Below are positions 60,399 through 64,000 of a DNA stretch of 64,000 bases, piece after piece. Source of the DNA: Rhodoglobus sp. (GTDB lineage Bacteria; Actinomycetota; Actinomycetes; Actinomycetales; Microbacteriaceae); contig JBIITJ010000001.1 in the NCBI GenBank assembly GCA_044340535.1, forward strand, positions 58,188-122,187. Reading direction: 5' to 3'. How positions within the stretch are numbered: position 1 is the first letter of the stretch; each line of letters starts with the position of its first letter. Below the pieces are notes generated by a model. The model did no database searches and was not told the DNA's origin. It worked only from the letters and a program-made list of their open reading frames with translations. The position numbers and the translations under genes were made by a program.

Positions 60399-61472
60399 GT
60401 GGACGACAACGACTTCGGCGTGCCGGCGGGCTGGTATCCAGACCCGCTTGGGCTTCCGCAGTTGCGCTGGTGGGATTCGCAGGCCTGGACGGAGCACACC
60501 TCCGAAGCCCGTGCGCCCATCGTCATCCAGCCGTCATCGAAGCTTGCTTACGCTGACGACCTGCCGTCGCGCCGGGAACGGCGCGAGCGGGAGCGTCGGG
60601 AGAACGGCGACCTTCTGGAAGAGGTCGAGCCGGGCCCTCTGCCCGACACTCTCGATCCCGGCGTTGACGGCACCCAGGATGAACTGAGCGCCCAGCCGCT
60701 TCTTGCGATGACTCTTCGCGAACTTGAACCGCCGGTTGGCGACACCCTCGACGACCTCACTCCCGGGCCGCGCCGCGCGAGCTTCCACGCCAACGCGACC
60801 CCCGCCGCCTCCGCGCTCTCAGCAATGGCCGAAGAACTGCCCCCGGTGCGCGAGATCAAGAAGGTGCGTGCCTACACCGCGGCCGTCTGGACCATCGCAC
60901 TGATGCCCGCCATCCAGGTGGCGCTGCTCATCGTGATGGTGACCGTTCTCGGTGTCGGCCAGAACGTGCCCCTCATGGCCACGGTGGTTGTCGCCCCGTA
61001 CTTCGTGGTGATCGGGTTCGCGTTCTACGACCGGCTCCTGCTGCAGGTGTGGGGTCACTCCCGCCCGGCGAGCGCGTTCTGGTCGTTCCTCGCGGCGCCC
61101 GCGTACCTGATTGCCCGTGCCGTCGCCACGATCCGCGAGACCGGTAAAGGTTTCGCCCCAATCGCGATCTTCGGCTCGGCACTGGGTGGCGTGCTGGTGG
61201 CCGTGCTCGTGGTGCCCGGCATTGCGATCGGCCTCCTGCCACACCTGTTTGCGGCAGAAGCCGAACACAGCATCCAGGCGGATGCCGCCGCGATCGGCGC
61301 CGAGCTCACCGTCGAATGCCCCACCCCTCCCGTGCTACTGGGCGACACCTTCTCGTGCATCGCCACCAAGCCTTCCGGAGAGACCGACTCGATCGCGGTG
61401 AGCCTGCAGCGCGAGAACGGCTGGGTGGCCTGGCGGGTCGATGACTGGGGTGTCTGGGTCGTCGCCGACTAA
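60399..61472 (+). CDS. DUF2510 domain membrane protein
   Basis: N-terminal GWYPDPLGLPQLRWWDSQAWTEHT, a charged linker, 4 TMs and a Cys-containing C-terminal domain. Confidence 0.6.
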   Translation: MDDNDFGVPAGWYPDPLGLPQLRWWDSQAWTEHTSEARAPIVIQPSSKLAYADDLPSRRERRERERRENGDLLEEVEPGPLPDTLDPGVDGTQDELSAQPLLAMTLRELEPPVGDTLDDLTPGPRRASFHANATPAASALSAMAEELPPVREIKKVRAYTAAVWTIALMPAIQVALLIVMVTVLGVGQNVPLMATVVVAPYFVVIGFAFYDRLLLQVWGHSRPASAFWSFLAAPAYLIARAVATIRETGKGFAPIAIFGSALGGVLVAVLVVPGIAIGLLPHLFAAEAEHSIQADAAAIGAELTVECPTPPVLLGDTFSCIATKPSGETDSIAVSLQRENGWVAWRVDDWGVWVVAD

Positions 61473-61477
61473 GGCAC

Positions 61478-62824
61478 CTAAAAGTCCGGGATGTCGACGC
61501 GCTCGTTTGTCGACGTTGCGAACGCGAGCCGCACGGCCTCACGCAGGTGCACCGCGTCGGAGTCGATCACCGTGGTGAAGCCGAGCCGCCGGGCTTCGGC
61601 TACGCGCTGCTTGGCCTGCGACGCGGGCCTGATCTCCCCGGCGAGGCTGATCTCGCCGATCACCGCCTGCGTTACCGCGAAGGCCTTGTCTTTGTAGGCG
61701 CTCGCGATCGCCAGGGCGATGGCAAGGTCGGCGCCCGGCTCGGTGACCCGGATGCCGCCAACCGTGGAGGCGTAAACGTCGAAGCCCGACAGGGGTAAGC
61801 CAGCCCTTCGCTCCAGGACCGCGAGCAGCATTGCCACGCGCGAGGAGTCGACGCCGTTGACCACGCGCCGCGGCTGCGGAGCCTGGGTCTTGACGATGAG
61901 GGCCTGCACCTCGACCGGCAGCGCTCGGCGGCCTTCGACGGCGATCGTCACGCAGGTGCCGCTTACGGGAGTGCGGGCGCGCGAGAGGAACAGGCCGCTC
62001 GGGTCGGCGACCTCGGCGATGCCGTCGCCGGTCATCTCGAAACAGCCCACCTCGTCGGTCGGTCCGAAGCGGTTCTTGTGGGCGCGGACGAACCGCAGGC
62101 TGGTCTGGCGGTCACCCTCGAACTGCAGCACCACGTCGACGAGGTGCTCGAGCAGGCGCGGGCCCGCGATCGTGCCGTCTTTGGTCACATGGCCGACAAG
62201 CAGCACGGGCAGGTTGCGATCCTTGCTGATACGGATGAGCGTGGAGGCCACTTCACGGACCTGCGAGGGGCCGCCGGCCAGGCCATCCGTCTGCCCGGAT
62301 GAGACGGTCTGCACGCTGTCGACGATGACCAACTGCGGGGAGACCTGGTCGATCTGGCCGAGGATGGTTGCGAGGTCGGTTTCGGCCGCGAGGAACAGGG
62401 CGGGGTGCAGGGCGCCGGTGCGCTCGGCTCGCAGCCGCACCTGGCTGACCGACTCCTCGGCGCTGACGTAGAGCACGCGCTGGCCCGCCGCCGCGGCCCG
62501 CGAGGCCACCTCGAGCAGCAAGGTGGACTTGCCCACGCCCGGCTCGCCGCTCAGGAGGATCGCCGCGCCGGGCACGACCCCGCCGCCGAGCACCCGGTCG
62601 AACTCCGCGATGCCGCTCGGCCAGTGCGCGACCGATTCTGCGCCGATCTCGGTGATGGAGCGGGCGACGCGCGCCTGCGTCGGTGCTATGGCGGTGACGC
62701 GGGCGAGGGATGAACCCGCCTCCGCGACCGTGTTCCACTGCTGGCACTCGCCGCACTGGCCCACCCACTTTGCGGTCGTCCAACCGCATTCACTGCAGCG
62801 GAACTGGGTTACGGGGCGGGCCAT
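61478..62824 (-). CDS. radA: DNA repair protein RadA/Sms
   Basis: Zinc finger CSECGWTTAKWVGQCGEC, Walker A GEPGVGKST, KNRFG, Lon-like C-terminal domain. Confidence 0.95.
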   Translation of the reverse strand: MARPVTQFRCSECGWTTAKWVGQCGECQQWNTVAEAGSSLARVTAIAPTQARVARSITEIGAESVAHWPSGIAEFDRVLGGGVVPGAAILLSGEPGVGKSTLLLEVASRAAAAGQRVLYVSAEESVSQVRLRAERTGALHPALFLAAETDLATILGQIDQVSPQLVIVDSVQTVSSGQTDGLAGGPSQVREVASTLIRISKDRNLPVLLVGHVTKDGTIAGPRLLEHLVDVVLQFEGDRQTSLRFVRAHKNRFGPTDEVGCFEMTGDGIAEVADPSGLFLSRARTPVSGTCVTIAVEGRRALPVEVQALIVKTQAPQPRRVVNGVDSSRVAMLLAVLERRAGLPLSGFDVYASTVGGIRVTEPGADLAIALAIASAYKDKAFAVTQAVIGEISLAGEIRPASQAKQRVAEARRLGFTTVIDSDAVHLREAVRLAFATSTNERVDIPDF

Positions 62825-62849
62825 GCCGCCAGCCTAGGCGGCACCGCTG

Positions 62850-64000
62850 TCACCGGTGCGAAGCATCCCCGGCCCGGCTCGCCTCGAGCGCGCGCAGCAG
62901 GGTCGCCGCGTCGTAGGGGCCGATGTGCCGCTTGGTGCCGATGAAGAAGGTGGGCGTCGAGCGCAGGTCCATCAGTTCCGCGTCGAGCAGGTCGTCTTCG
63001 ACCCGACGGGCGACGGCGGCGGAGTGCATGTCCTCGATGAAGCGGTCGACGTCGAGGCCGAGGGCTGCCGCCTTCTCCTGAAGTGCGTCGCTGTCGAGGG
63101 CATCCTGGTCAGCGAACATGGCCACGGCAAGATCGAAGAAGCGGCCCTGCATCGCGGCTGCTTCACTCGCGTAGGCGGCCTGGAGGGCATTCGGGTGAAC
63201 CTGCGTAAGCGGCAGGTGCCGGAAGACCCAGCGCACGTCGTCTCCGAGGGCATCGCGAACCTCATCGATGGATCCGGTCGCCCGGGAGCAGAACGGGCAC
63301 TCGAAGTCGCCGTACTCGACAATCGTCAGCGGGGCGTCGGCCCGACCCCGGAAGTGGTCGCGCGTCACATCCACCGGGCGGGCGAGCACCGCGCCGACGG
63401 CGACGGGAGGCTTCACCCGGTCGACGATGGAGAAGGCGATCCAACCGGCGAGGAACGCGATCACCGATGCGGCAAGTACCCCGACGCGCGCGAGGTCCTG
63501 GGCTTCGGGGTCGACGATGGCAAGGTCGACGATGAACAGTGAGATGGTGAACCCGATTCCGGAGAGGGCGGCTCCGCCGGCGACCCGCGGCAGGCTGAGC
63601 CCGGGAGCGAGCTGACCTAGCCCCAGCCGGCGAACCACCCAGGTCGCGCCGGTGATGCCGACGAACTTGCCGAGCACCAGGCCTGTGATGATGCCCCAGG
63701 TCAGTGGGGAACTGGATGCGGCGAGGAGGGTTTTGCCGTCGAGGCGCACCCCCGCATTGGCGAGCGCGAACAGCGGCAGCACGAGGAACGCCACGTACGG
63801 TGCCCACGAGGTCTGCAGTCGTTCGTTGAGCGAGATCGAGTCACGCAGGCCGCGCACCACATCCCGGGCATAGAGCGGGTTCGGTGATTGCCTGAAGCTC
63901 TGCGTGAGGTTGGCGACCCGTTCGACCGCCATCCGTTGCGGTGCCTGGACCGGGATGAGAAGGGCCACCGCCACGCCGGCGAGCGTGGGGTGGATCCCCG
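62850..64000 (-). CDS. nhaA: NhaA-type Na+/H+ antiporter fused to a C-terminal DsbA-like thioredoxin domain (5' end outside the window)
   Basis: The ORF is open to the window edge. It has NhaA C-terminal TMs (FLVLPLFALANAGV) followed by a DsbA-like domain with FECPFC. Confidence 0.75.
   Translation of the reverse strand, partial: GIHPTLAGVAVALLIPVQAPQRMAVERVANLTQSFRQSPNPLYARDVVRGLRDSISLNERLQTSWAPYVAFLVLPLFALANAGVRLDGKTLLAASSSPLTWGIITGLVLGKFVGITGATWVVRRLGLGQLAPGLSLPRVAGGAALSGIGFTISLFIVDLAIVDPEAQDLARVGVLAASVIAFLAGWIAFSIVDRVKPPVAVGAVLARPVDVTRDHFRGRADAPLTIVEYGDFECPFCSRATGSIDEVRDALGDDVRWVFRHLPLTQVHPNALQAAYASEAAAMQGRFFDLAVAMFADQDALDSDALQEKAAALGLDVDRFIEDMHSAAVARRVEDDLLDAELMDLRSTPTFFIGTKRHIGPYDAATLLRALEASRAGDASHR

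Overview
GC-rich actinobacterial chromosomal segment (gene content and order look Microbacteriaceae-like; GC not computed). About 75 genes are supportable. Core content: (i) a conserved actinobacterial housekeeping block ppa / tilS-hpt / ftsH-folE-folP-folB-folK-DUF3180-YdbS-YdbT-DUF2520-panC / lysS / clpC / radA (39.9-62.8 kb). (ii) A urease cluster ureABCFGD (no ureE), divergent from a urea ABC transporter urtABCDE (16.2-26.1 kb). (iii) A stress and transport neighbourhood: thioredoxin, acyl-CoA oxidase, VIT, APC permease, Usp, AI-2E, formate/nitrite transporter. (iv) A less conserved block at 26-36.8 kb: NCS1-like permease, two tandem TetR genes, a NiCoT nickel/cobalt permease, and a MarR-controlled six-gene operon (amino-acid-type ABC importer, aldo/keto reductase, two tandem MoaF-like paralogues). 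This block ends at an integrase remnant next to a tRNA-Glu/Asp/Phe cluster. No CRISPR array, rRNA, intact transposase or recognisable defence system was seen. The most unusual signals are non-genic: (a) A ~100-bp palindromic repeat family with three copies. One copy sits in frame inside tilS, and one carries compensatory changes in both arms. (b) A small GIY-YIG nuclease gene nested in an array of inverted 20-26-bp repeats, inserted at the hpt-ftsH junction. Also notable are a UreG with a C-terminal His-rich tail, two adjacent cell-wall hydrolases that share a coiled-coil module, and a nuclease/5'-nucleotidase fusion. All family assignments come from motif recognition by eye and need HMM or BLAST confirmation.
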